This document shows, piece by piece, positions 27,590 through 40,300 of a DNA stretch of 64,000 nucleotides. The notes beneath the pieces are model-generated. The model searched no databases and was not told the origin of the DNA. It saw only the letters and a program-made list of their open reading frames with translations. Each line of letters starts with the position of its first letter. The first letter of the stretch is position 1. A program made the position numbers and the translations under genes. This stretch comes from Callorhinchus milii (taxonomy: Eukaryota), in contig NW_024704742.1 of NCBI RefSeq assembly GCF_018977255.1, positions 138,510,001 to 138,574,000 on the forward strand. Reading direction: 5' to 3'.

Positions 27590-30230
27590 CCCGATCCCCC
27601 GGTACAACAACAATCTCCGCCGCCAAAAACCCAAACCCGGCTGCTCGAGCGCAGATGGCGGAAAACTGTCCTGACGGTTCACCAACTGAGGCTCGAGCAT
27701 CTCCACAGCGACCGCCGTTCTTTGACACGCGCAAAAACGGCTTCTACTCCAACATCATCGCGGAGGCTAAACACAACCCCAACGTCCTTTTTTCCACCAC
27801 CCACTACCTCATCCGTGCCCCCCCTCAGGCCCCTCAATCTTCACATCCAATGCCAAGTGCGAGGAGGTCATGGACTTCTTTTCATCCAAAATACACATCT
27901 ACCAGACAGCCTCATCCTCCTGCCTCTTGTCACACACCACCACCCCCTCTCCGACCGCCTCACCCTCCCCATCATCTGCTCATACCAACACCCCCATTCT
28001 ACATTCTTTCCTCCCCATCTCTCCCTCCTCCCTCTCACCCACCATCACCTCCATGAAACCCACCACCTGCTGCCTCGACCCCCTCCCCACCAACTTGCTG
28101 GTCACACAGCTCCCCCTCCTCTGCCCACTACTGGCTGACGTCATCAACCAGTCCCTCTCCTCCGGATCAGTCCCTGCCCCTCCTCAAAATTGCTGTCATC
28201 ACCCCCCTCCTCAAAAAACCCTCCCTCGATCCCTCAAACCCCAGCCATTACTGCCCCATTTCTAACCTGCCCTTCCTCACCAAAGTCCTAGAACGCGTTG
28301 TTGCCAATCAACTCCGCGCACACCTCTCCTCCCACTCCCTCTTCGAACCCCTCCAGTCCGGTTTCCGCCCACAGTACAGAGACTGCGCTTGTGAAAGTCA
28401 CAAACGACATCCTCTCTATCTGTGACCAGGGCTCCCTCTGCCTCCTTGTCCTCCTGGACCTCTCCGCGGCATTCGACACAGTCGATCAACCCATCCTCCT
28501 CCCCCGCCTTTCCTCCGTCATCCACCTCAGTGGGACCGCACTCGCCTGGTTCGAGTCCTACCTCACAAACCACCAGCAGTACATCTGCACCAACGGCTTC
28601 TCCTCTCCCGCTCTCACCCGGATACCTGTTGGGGTACCCCAAGGATCCATCCTTGGCCCCCTCCTCTTTCTGATCTACAAACTCCCTCTTGGGGATGTCA
28701 TCCGCAGACATGGGGTACACTTCCACATGTACGCGGATGACACCCAACTCTATTTGTCCACCTCTCTTTGCGCCCCCCAGTCCCCTGATGTTCTCCTGTC
28801 AGATCTCAGGGGTTGGATGAGCGCAAACTTCCTTCAGCTGAACGTTGACAAGATGGAAGCCATACTCTTTGGCTCTCGTCAACATCTAAAGTCTCAGGGT
28901 TCTCACCTCCTCCACCGACCCGACCTCCCCCTAAAACTCTCCGAACCCGTACACAACCATGGCGTCAACTCCACGACCCCCGATGTCCTGACAGCTGTCT
29001 GTCTGACATCGATCCTGGACGAGAGACAACTTTCTTCAGCTCAACGTGCGCAAAACTGAGGCCCTCCTGATTGGCTCACGTCAGCGCCTCCGCACCTCAG
29101 GCGCTGACAGCATCAGCATCCAAGGCCGCACTCTCCACCTCTCAAAGCCATCAGGAACCTCGGGGTTCTGTCAGACCCTGAGCCGTCCTTTCTCCCTCAT
29201 ATCCGCACCACAACCGGCACCACCTTCCATCACCTCCGGAACATCGCCAGACTACGGCACTACCTCACCCCTCACGCGGCTGAAACTCTGGTCCACACCT
29301 TTATCACCTCAAGGCTGGACTATGGGAACTCTCTCCTCGCGGCCTTCCCGGCCCTCCCTCCACACTGCAGGTCATTCAGAACTCTGCAGCTCGTGTACTG
29401 TCCCGCATCAGTGACCACATCACTCCCACCCACACCCTCGCCCTCACTCTCACCCTCACTCGCCTCCACTGGCTCCCCATCCCCCAGAGGATCGAATTCA
29501 AGATCCTCATCCTCACCTACAAGGCCATTCATGGCCTCGCTCCCTCCTACCTCTCTGACCTACTATCCCCCTACTTACCTGCCCGTACCCTCCGTTCCTC
29601 TGGCTCCGGTCTTCTCCACGTCCCCCGCCCCAACCGCCCTACTATAGGTGGCCGGGCCTTCAGCCTCTCAGTCCCGAGGCTCTGGAACTCCATCCCCCAG
29701 TGCCTTCGCCGCTTCCTCCCTTTCCTCCTTCAAGGCCGGTCTCAAGACCTTTCTCTTTGACCGTGCCTTCAGCTCCGCTCTCGACTCTCTCTACCCCCTT
29801 CCTCGCCCCCTCCCTTCCCTCCCCTCACTGACCATTTTCCCCCCCCTCCTCCTGCCTTCCCTCCCTCACCCTGACCATTTCCCCCTCCTCGCCCCTCCCT
29901 CCCTCCCCTCACCCTGACCATTTCCTTCTCCTCGCTCCCTCCCCTCCCCCTGACCATTTCCCCCCAATGCTCGAGTCCTGACCCAACTCTCCAGCGCCTT
30001 GGGACGTCCTCCCAACGTGAAAGGCACTCTATAAATGGAATCTTGTTGTTGTTGTTGTGTTGTCAGGTTCGCCCCCCAATTATCCTTCCTCCCCCACACC
30101 ATCTTCTACCACCTCCGACGCATCACCCCTCTCGGCCAATACCTCACTCCAAAAGCCGCTGAAACCCCTGGTCCATGCCTTTGTCACCTCTCGGCTGGAC
30201 TACTCTAACGCCCTCCTCGCCGGCCTCCCA
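27590..30230 (+). mobile_element. Composite degenerate L2 LINE
   Basis: [25 protein letters not shown] and YADD in ORF 28298..29059. The NFLQLN region occurs twice (~28825 and ~29025). (TTG)n tail at ~30043-30062, followed by a further fragment. Confidence 0.93.
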
Positions 30231-30808
30231 AAATCAGATGCTATATGGAAGGCACAGGAGGACAAGGCGTTAATATATACACGGAGCATGAGGTCCCAGT
30301 GCAAACCCCTGAGCCCCTGAATCCACAGCTATGTCCTTGTCCTCGATACCCAGTGACCACGGTTTGCGGAGAAATCTCTCCAAACCACCCGATCCCCCGG
30401 TACAACAACAATCTCCGCCGCCAAAAACCCAAACCCGGCTGCTCGAGCGCAGATGGCGGAAAACTGGCCTGACAGTTCCGCACAGCAGCGTCCCACAAAC
30501 AGCCGTGGATTGAGTGACCGCATTTTTTTTGAAGGGATTATTACCCCCGGAAAAGTGATCCGCCAATCGACCAACAACCGGGTTCCTACTCACTGCTGGT
30601 AAACAGTTGTGGGAGTGAGGAAACTTGGCCAACGTTTCACCCCCTGCCCGGGAATCGAACCCAGGTCCTCTCACTTGCGAGGCGAGGGCTCTAACCCCTG
30701 AGCTACAGGGGTCCACAAGATGGTTCTCCCATCTCTCACTTGTCTCTGTCTCGAGGTAAGTGAGAGATGGGGGGACGAGCATGAGGTATTGAAAGGTGAG
30801 AGAGTTAC

Positions 30809-31375
30809 CGTTGGTGACGGAGGAGACCTGAGCGATCTCAAAGTCATCGTTGTCGGCTGTGTCCTGGGCCAGACCTACTTTGCTGAAATACTGGGAGAAG
30901 GCGGCTGAGGTCCCGGGAACGCTGGCCGGCTCGGATCGCCGGGCTGGCACTGCGGGCGGCTTGGCAATCTGGAAATCTTTAAACAGGTCCTTGACGCTCT
31001 TGGAGTCTCGTTCGCCCAGGGGGTCCAGGCCACTGAAGGCACTGGGCTTGGGGGGCTCCAGCACGGAGGGTCTTGGTGGAGGCTGTGGGGGTCCCGCGCT
31101 TTGGGAGGAGGTCAGGCCCACCAGGGGCACGGCGACTGGTGGGCTGAAGGGGTTGGGGGTTAATGGGGCAGCCTGGGGGGCGGCTGGATGACCCCAGACC
31201 CCGGGCTGGGAGAGGGGAACCTGCCCCCAGGCGGAGGACATAAAGGTGCCGGGCTGCCCCCAGCCCACGGGAGCTTGGCTGAAGACGTTGGGGTGTATGA
31301 ACCCTGCTGGTCTGGGAGCCACGGCAGTCGGAGCGGGTGGGCCCCACGGTCCGGGGGGAGAGGGTCCGACCAGAC
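30809..31375 (-). CDS. DAB2: DAB2 exon 12, proline-rich and myosin-VI-binding region
   Basis: 567 nt, phase 1-1; ccctgtag|GT ... AACG|gtaact. Encodes [36 protein letters not shown] and [17 protein letters not shown]. Confidence 0.96.
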
Positions 31376-34300
31376 CTACAGGGAGAAGAACTGAGTGAGT
31401 GTCTGTCTTAACACCAAGGTCCATCCTGTTCGCCTTCCACCATCCCACCAGTCACTTGATATGTCGTGTCCCAACTATATACTATATCCCCATATCAACC
31501 TGTCCGCTCCTTCCGCTCAGTGGGCTCTGGCCAGCTCCACGGCCCCCGCCCGGCCCATCCCACCATCAGCGGTCGGGCCTTCAGCCTCTCTGCCCCCACC
31601 CTCTGGAACTCCATCCCACAGTGCCTTCGCCTCAGCCCCTCTCTTGCCTCCTTCAAGATCCGTCTCAAGACCCTCTTCTTTGACTGCGCCTTCGATCACC
31701 CTCTAATCCCCCACCCTCCCTGGCCTCCACCGCTCCCGATCCCAACCCCCACTTCGGGCCCCAAATCACTGACTGTCCAATGCTTTGGGACGTTCTCCTG
31801 ACGTGAAGAGCGCTGTGTAAATGTCATGTGTTGTTACGGTCCTACCTGGACTGGCCAGTGTTGGTGCTGTGGTGGGCACGGTGAGGAGGCCGAGGGGGTA
31901 GCTGGGAGATGGTTGACTAGCTGGAGCGCCAGCCTCAAACATGCCAGAGCCAAAGGGGTCACCAGAGGGCAGGTCACCAGGAGACTGAGAGAGAGAGGGC
32001 AGAGGTCAGGCAATTCCTATCAAACATAGCACAGAAACCACACAACTATAGAGCGTGAAGGCGTTTAGACTCCAACCGGACTCCCACCCCGGGATCTGAA
32101 GGTGGGGAGGGAGGGGGCGAGGCGGAGGAATTGAGGGAGAGAGTTCCAGAGTTTCGGGGTGTAGGGGCTGAAGGCACGGCCACCGATGGTGAAGCGGAGG
32201 GGGCGAGGGACAAACAGGAGGCCGGAGCCAGCCGAGCAGAGGCAGCGGATGGGGGAGTGGGCGGGTGAGCAGGTCGGGGAGGTAGGGAGGGGCGAGGCCA
32301 TGAAGGGATTTGAAAACGAGTGAGAGGAGCTTGAAATCGATCCATTCGGTGATTGGGAGCCAGTGGAGCCTGGCGAAGACTGGGGTGATGACCGGTTAAC
32401 ACAGAGGAACGTTTACGTCCACCTGAGCAGGTACAGATGGGACCTCAGTAAAATGTCTCCTCCGAAGAACGGCAGCTGAAAACACAGCACTCCACCAGCA
32501 CTGTGCTGGAGGGTCAGCTTGGACTGAGCTTACAGTCCGACAGGGAGTTGGCTCAAACTCACAACCTCCTGACTCAGAGGCGAGTGGCATTGGATGGGGA
32601 GAGAAGAGCAGTTGGAGACACTGCTGATGACAGCCCAGCCCATCGGCAGGACCCGGTAGGACACACCAGTCACTTGGGGCAGGGAAACCTCCCACTCAGC
32701 TCCTGTTACCCCGCATCCAAAGCCCTAACTAATGGGGAGGGTGGTCCTCGCTGGACAAGCAGCGGGAAAGCTGGTCAGACAGTGATCTCAATGGCCGAGC
32801 TGTGTGGGTTTAACTGGTTAGACTCCAGCAGTTACCCCAACACACACTCTGGGCTCCCCCCAGGCCTTGGCTCTCACCAACCTGCGCCTAATACTCTCTG
32901 GAATTAGATAAACAGGATGTGTCCCTCCAGAGAGAGAGGAGAGAGAGAGAGAGAGCGCATTCCATTCCAACCATCTATCTCTGGGATTCTCATATGTAGG
33001 TGGGAGACATGGAATTCTCAGTTGGGTTTGGAGACTCTTAAGCAACGGTGATGGGTTTCCACGTGTGTCAGACACCCGGCTGGGGGAAAAAAAAGCAATT
33101 GAGAGATTCACACAATTAGTAACATTATATAAAGTTGGTTCCTGGTGTCTGTGCAGTGAGGAGATGCTGTTAGACCTGCGTTAAAGCCACACCACTCGCT
33201 GCAACAACCTTGAATTTGCATCCTTCACAAGCAATAGGTTAAAAGCAAATTCCGGGGATTAGATGATAGAATGGTAAGCCTTGCATTTGATACAGCGCCT
33301 CATCACATCTTCGAGACGTCTCAAAGCGCTTCACAGAATATACTGTAAAGGTGTGGTGACTGTGGGGCGAAACTCGGCAGCCCATTGGGTTCAGCAGCGT
33401 CCCACAAACAAGTCGTGGACTGAGTGACCAATCCACTAACAACTAAAAACTAACGTGTTCCTACTTACTGCTGGTAAACAGAGGTGTGTGGAGTAAGGAA
33501 ACTTGCCCAACATTTCGCCATTCCCGGGAATCAAACCCAGGTCTCTCGCTTGCGAGGCGAGGCCTCTAACCACTGAGCTACAGGACTCCATGCTCCAGTT
33601 AACGGTTAGTCACATCTGGAGCCCGAGTGTTGGATCTCATCACAATGTCAGAGCTGGTTAGTAGCTGAGCAGGGTTAGGAACATTCAACGCAGTGTCGCT
33701 GGTGGGACAAGGATCCGGGTTTAGTGCAGAGCGTAGAGCTGTAGCAAGTCTGTGGTTAGTGACGAGCTTCGTCTGTTAGAGTCACCTTGACGTTCCTTCT
33801 GCCTCGTGCCGTCTGGGGCGGTGGGGAGAGCACGACAGAGTCTCGGGGGGGCTTGTGGACGAGGTCCGATTGGCGTTGGCCTGGCTCCAGGTTCCTTACC
33901 GGTGGTGACGGCACAGCCTGGCGCTTGGCAAAGGGGTTGGTGTAGGTGCTGCCCGCATGGCTGCTCGCTCGGTCACTTCCGGAGCCTTGGTTGAGGGATC
34001 CATTCAGGGCTGATGCGGAGGATTCCAACTGGTCAAGTCTCCAGAGCCCCTCCAAGCCCCCCGCTCTCCCGTTCACCAGCTCAGAGTCACAGCCAGTAAG
34101 CTCCCTGCTCAGTCCGTTGACGTTGATGTTGGGACCCCCAGGGAGAGAGCCTTCGCTGGGGTTGGGGGGCTGAGGGCTGAACACAGTGAAGGGATCGTGG
34201 CCGAAAGGGTTGGGGTCTGGGGTGGGGAAGAAAGCCAGCGAGGAGGGGAAGCCGCTGGCACACGGAGCCTCCGCAGAGACGCTGGCTGGGGCAGGAGTCA

Positions 34301-37300
34301 GATCCAGTAAGAAAGTGGACGAGGAAACGCCGTTAGTGTCCTGGATGGCCAGAGAGAAAGGTCAGATCACTCACTCCGTGGCTCGTCCAACACAGGGGAA
34401 GCCAAGCAATGGTCACTGAGCCTTGAATTGAACACAACAGAACAATCTGCCAGGTGGACAAAGCCCAAAGTCCATCCCGTTCATCTTCCACCAGCCTGGA
34501 GGTCGCTTGACATGTCGTGTCCCAAACTACACACCGTATCCCCCAGATATTCTAATAATCCTTGTATTTGATACAGCGCTTGATCACGTCTTCGAGACGT
34601 CTCAAAGCGCTTCACAGCAATAGCGTTGGTGCCTTTTTGTGGGCGAAACGCGGCAGCCAATTGCGCACAGCAGCGTCCCCGCAATCCGTCGTGGATTGAG
34701 TGACCAAATTAGTATTTTTTTAAAATCATTTACTTCGTTATTTTGATTAAGGGATTAGTACCCCCGGAAAAGTGATGACTTGTCAAAAAAACAGAAATCG
34801 ATCTCATTCATTCTTGAAACAAGAATCAATTAGATAGGTTTCTGCTTCCACCGTCTCTCCCGAGGGAACCTGTTCCATACGTTTATGACTCGTTCACTGA
34901 AGTCGTGTTTCCGCAGATTTGTTCTGAATTTCGCCCCTTTCGATCTCAGGCCGTATTGTCTGGTTCTACTGTTCAGTACGAGATATAAAACAGCTTCTCG
35001 TGGTCTGTAAGAATTGGAGTAGAGAAACTCCTCACTGTTCTCTCCAGACACCACAACCCATTAAATAAATGATAGATTTCCGTTAGCAAATAATATTTGG
35101 GGATACAGTATATAGTTTGGGACACGACATGTCCAGCGACTGCCAGGATGGTGGGTGGAAGGTGAACTAGCTGGACCTTGGACTTCCTTCTCCGAGCAAA
35201 TTCTCAGTTCTGATGAAAGGTCATTGACCTGAAATGTCGACTCATTTTCCTCTCTCCATAGATGCTGTCTGACCTGCTGCGTGTTCCCAGCCACTTCCGT
35301 GTTTATACCAGATTTCCAGCATCCGCAGTACTTTGTATTATGTTCTTAACCTGGTCAGAACTCCATCTCTCCACCCCCCACACCCGCTCCACCCGCAATG
35401 AGATTCATCTATAAAAACAGTCACTACACTTTACCCTGAATCCTGTCAAGCTCCGAGACACCCCCCAACCCCACCCCCCACCCCCTTACTCCCAATGCGA
35501 ATGGAGTTGTATCAAGGATTTATATTGGATTTCTTGAAGTCAAACATCCCAATGGGCTTTACAGGATTCATTGAGAAGTGTAGTGACTGTTTGTAGGTGA
35601 ACCCAGCAGCCGATTGGCAACTTCCCACAAGTTGGGATGTCAACACAGGATAGAAAACGGTTTGGGTTTCTCATTAACAAAAACATCTGGCTTCTCCTCA
35701 CACCTTCAGCTTAGTCCCTTAACAACAGATTACACTAGTACAGCACCCTTCACTTCGGAAAGATGTCCCACAGCTCCTTGCCATGAAAATGTCTGCCATT
35801 CTCCTGGCTCCCCTACACATCACACCAAGAGCAGCACCAAATTATCCAGAGCTCAGTCTCCAGACAAGACAATAGATCAACAAGGCGACAAGTACAGCCA
35901 ATTCCACACGTACATCCACACAGGAGCACAGCCAGACAGACACCTCGGACGGGGGCTGACCTCAGTACAGTTCATGGGCTCCAGCAGTAACCCCTTGGTT
36001 CTTGCCAACCTGCACCTAAAACTCTTCGAATTAGGTAAACAGGAGGCCTCCCTCCGGGGGGGAAGAGAGAGAGAGAGAGCGCATTCCATTCCAACAATTT
36101 CTCTCTGGGATTTCCATGTGTAGTTGGGAGACGGGGAATTTTCAGCTTAGTTTGGAGACTCTTAAGCAACGGTGATGGGTTTCCGTGTGTATCAGACACC
36201 CGGTTGGGCACGGTTGGAAGTGGGATTTAAGGACAGATGGGGAGGGGGAGTTGTCGGGCGTTCCAGATATTAGGGAAGTCACCACTTACATGAAATCCAG
36301 AGACTTGTCAAAATAAAGCAGTTTATATCACTTCATATATTCCCTCCTCCCCCGAAATGCTATACAATAGTCAGCGTTTACCTGGCCCTTCAGGCTGTGA
36401 GTCACACCAATTTAAACTCTCGCTCTCCCCCATCACCCCCCACTGCCCCCACCCAGCACGTCATCTGGGATTCCAGGAAAGATGTATTTACTGAGGTCAT
36501 AGCCCAGTCAACATGGCAATCAGTAACTGGGTGCAATGACCCAGGTGTTTGGGGGGCGTGGAAGAGAGAGCACAACAAATTGTATTAGTCTACAGCCTTT
36601 CACATCGGGAGGTCAACAGATGATGCGAGGCATCAATTGACTGATAATAATAATCCTTGCATTTGATATAGCGCCTGATCATGTCATCAAGACATCTCAA
36701 AATGCTTCATGAGAATATATTGCAGAGTGTGGTGATCGTATTTTGTGGGTGAAACGCGGCAGCCAATTGCGCACAGCAGCGTCCCACAAACAGTCGTGGA
36801 TTGAGTGACCACAATAATAGTAATCATTAAAAAATTTTGAAGGGATTATTATTCCCAGAAAAGTGATCCGCCAATCGACTAACAACCGTGTTCCTACTGA
36901 CTGCTGGTAAACAGAGGCGTGTGGGGTAAGGAAACTTGCCCAACGTTTCGCCCCCTGCCCAGGAATCAAACCCAGGTCCTTTCGCTTGCGAGGCGAGGGC
37001 TCTAACCACTGAGCTACAGGGGTCCACTCCAAGCTCCAGGTGGGATGCACGGAATTCTCAGTTTGGTTCGGAGACTCTTAAGCACAGTGATGGGTTTCCG
37101 CATACGTCAGATACTCGGCTGGGGAAAAAAGTAGTGCCTTTCACGTCCAGAGGACGTCCCAAGGCAGTGAAGTGGAGAGTCAATTGATTGAAGAGAACGG
37201 CTAAAGACACATTTGTAATAGCGCCTTTCGTGTCGGGAGGACGTCCCAAGGTGCTGGACAAAAGCTCTCGGAAGGGTACCTGATGCTGCACAGTTAGCTG

Positions 37301-40300
37301 GGCTGGGACTTCAGTGCGTGTCTAGCTTTACTGCTATCACAGTGACGTGCTGACCACGTTACAGGGCTAGAGAACGGTCCTTACCGAGGGAGTGTGGATG
37401 TCAGGTGGGGTGGACATGTCTCCAAATAGCTCCAGGCCATCGAGGCTCTGTCAAAATAAACAGCCCGGTTACTGCAGGAACACCGCACGCTCATTAACTA
37501 GGTGTGAGAATAATAATAAAAAAAATCTTGTAATAATCCCTGCATTTGATACGGCGTCTTATCACGTCTTTGAGACGTCTCAAAGCGCTTCACAGAGTGT
37601 GTATACTGTAAAGTGTAGTGACTGTGTGTTTTGTGGGCGAAACGAGGCAACCAATTGCGCACAGCGTCGTCCCACAAACACTCGCGGATTGAGTGACCAA
37701 ATTATGATTATGTTTTTTTTAGAAGGGATTATTACCCCCGGAAAATGATCCGCCAATTGACTAACAACCGGGTTCCTACTCACTGCTGGTAAACAGAGGT
37801 GTGTGGAGTAAGGAAACCCGCCCGACGTCTCGCCCCCGGCCCGGGAATCAAACCCAGGTCCTCTCGCTTGCGAGGCCTCTAACCCCTGAGCTACAGGCCT
37901 CTGTGATAGTGTCAGAGTTTGCTCCGCAAGTTACACACAGCAAGGCCCTCTAAAGAGCTGTGAGGCGAGTGGGAGAATCATCAGTCGGGTCAGAGGAAAA
38001 CTCCCTCCTCTTTTTGAATAGCAAACGTCCACCCGACAGTAAACGGTTTAAGGTCTCATCTGAAGGACAACGTCTCTGACAAGGCTCAGAATATAATACT
38101 TGTATTTGTTATTGTGCTTCATCAGTTCGGAAGGACACCTCAAAGTGCTTCACAGTACTCACTGTGAAATGTAGTGACTGTGTATTTGTAGGCAATTGTA
38201 AAGGCAGCACAGATTGTGCAGAGTGACGTGACACCAACAGCCACAAAATGAGGGACCAATTCTATCTGGGGATTGTTGGCCAGGACACCGAGACAGAGAG
38301 AGAGGAACTCCCTTCTCTTTTGGAATAACGTCCACCTGAACAGGCTGCCGGGACCTCGGTTTAATGTCTCATCAAAAGGACGGGGGTGTGAAGGGGTGGG
38401 GGTTGAACCCACAGCATTTACACTCAGGGGAGCTGGCAATGGGGAAGACAATCTGAGAAACCTTCCCGCCCCCATCAACAACAACAACAACAACTTACAC
38501 TCTTCACTCCCCTTGTCGTCTTCTGGTCATCGAAGCTTAGCAGCGCTCCACTGCCGTTCTGTAAGAGCAAACATTGAGTGAGTACATGGCGGGTGTGGGG
38601 GGGGTCTGTGGGGGAGGTCAGGGGCCATTGTTCAGTATATGCTATGGCGCCGTGGAGTCCTGTGGCTTTGTGGTTAGAGCCCTCGCCTCGCAAGCGAGAG
38701 GACCCGGGTTCATTCCCAGGCAGGGAGGAACCTGAGGCAAGTTTCCTCGCTCCACACGCCTCTGTTTACCAGCAGTCAGTAGGAACCCGGTTGTTAGTCG
38801 ATTGGCGGATCACTTTCTGGGATAACAATCCCTCCAAAAGAAGTCACTCACTTCACGGCTGTTTGCGGAACACTGTTCTGTGCAATTGGCTGCTGTGTTT
38901 TGCCCACAAAATATACACTCGAGTCACTTGACAGTATATTCTGCAAAGCCTTATGAAATGTCTCAATGACGTGATAAGGTGCTCTCTCAAATGCAAGGAT
39001 TATTACATTGTTAGATTATTATAGTTATATTATTAAATTGTAATTATGTTTTATTATACACAACTAATTATATTATTAAATTGTAATTATATTACATTGT
39101 AATTATATTATTACATTGTAATTAGATTATTAAATTGTAATATTAGATCATTAAATTGTAATTATTAGAGTATTAAATTATAATTATATTATTACATAAG
39201 ATTACATTGAATTAGTAGATTATTAAATTGTAATATTAGATTGTTAAATTGTAATTATTATAGTATTAAACTGTTTAATACTATTTAGTAGATTATTAAA
39301 TTGAAATTATTGTTATTATAGGCAGTCCCCTGCCTGGCAATGGAATGTTAGCCAAGTCGTAGCTCAAAGTCCTCAGGTAGGATTGAACCCACAACCTCCT
39401 GGTTCTGGAGCCAGTTGTGACCCACATCTCCCACGGTGACCGCTGGCAGTGAATGCTGGACACCGGGTGGGTGGGATTGCATTTCACGTTCATGTCGGCC
39501 TCAACAATGAGATGTTTTCCTCAGCTGACAAACCCCTAGATCCTTGTCCCCCCCCCGCCACCCCCCCCAAACACTGACCCACCATCATTCCCCCAATAAT
39601 AATAATCCTTGCGTTTGATACAGCGCCTTATCAAGTCTTTGAGACGTCTCAAAGCGCTTCACAGAATATAGTAGTGTGTAGCGACTGTATATTTTGCGAA
39701 GCAAGTGCTCTAACCACTGAGCTACAGGACTCCACATCACATCCCTCCCCCCCGCACAGTGTCAGAGAATAACACATGAGGTCACACCTGCTGGGAACTG
39801 ATGATGGTTTTATTAAGGGTTTGGATTAAACAAGATGTTCTCAGACATCACACCGCATTGAATCCCAAACAACCAGCAAACCCATCAGATAGCGTGAGCC
39901 TTGACTTCTGCTGCCCCAAGTGAGAGCGAGAGATAAACGACTTGTTGATCCCAGCGCCTCTCACGTTAGGAGGACGTCTCAAAGTGCTTCACAGGATTTC
40001 TAGGAGTCCTGTCTCGTGTAGTGGTTAGAGCCCTCGCCTCGCAAGCGAGAGGACCTGGGTTCGATTCCCGGCCAGGTGAAACGTTGGGCAAGTTTCCTTA
40101 CTCCGCGCACCTGATAATAATCCCTCAAGAAAAAAAAATAATAATTTGGCCACTCAATCCACGACTGCTTGTGGGACGCTGCCGGGAATCGAACCCAGGC
40201 CTCTCGCTTGCGAGGCGAGTGCTCTAACCACTGAGCTACAGGACTCCACTAATAATTTATTATTATCATTATAAAGTGTAGTGACTGTTTCCCAGGTGGC

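Noticed and set aside
28298..29059. Intact reverse transcriptase gene
   Set aside because: YADD is present, but flanking frameshifts and stops and the lack of a complete endonuclease or ORF1 indicate a dead L2.
16774..30809. Direct DAB2-FYB1 fusion protein by splicing exon 12 to FYB1 exon 2
   Set aside because: The donor is phase 1 and the acceptor phase 0, so a direct splice is out of frame.
35958..36055. Extra DAB2 cassette exon between exons 9 and 10
   Set aside because: The polypyrimidine tract belongs to a dispersed repeat also seen at 32930-33085; the splice sites are weak (GAG acceptor, gtcagc donor); no DAB-like peptide.
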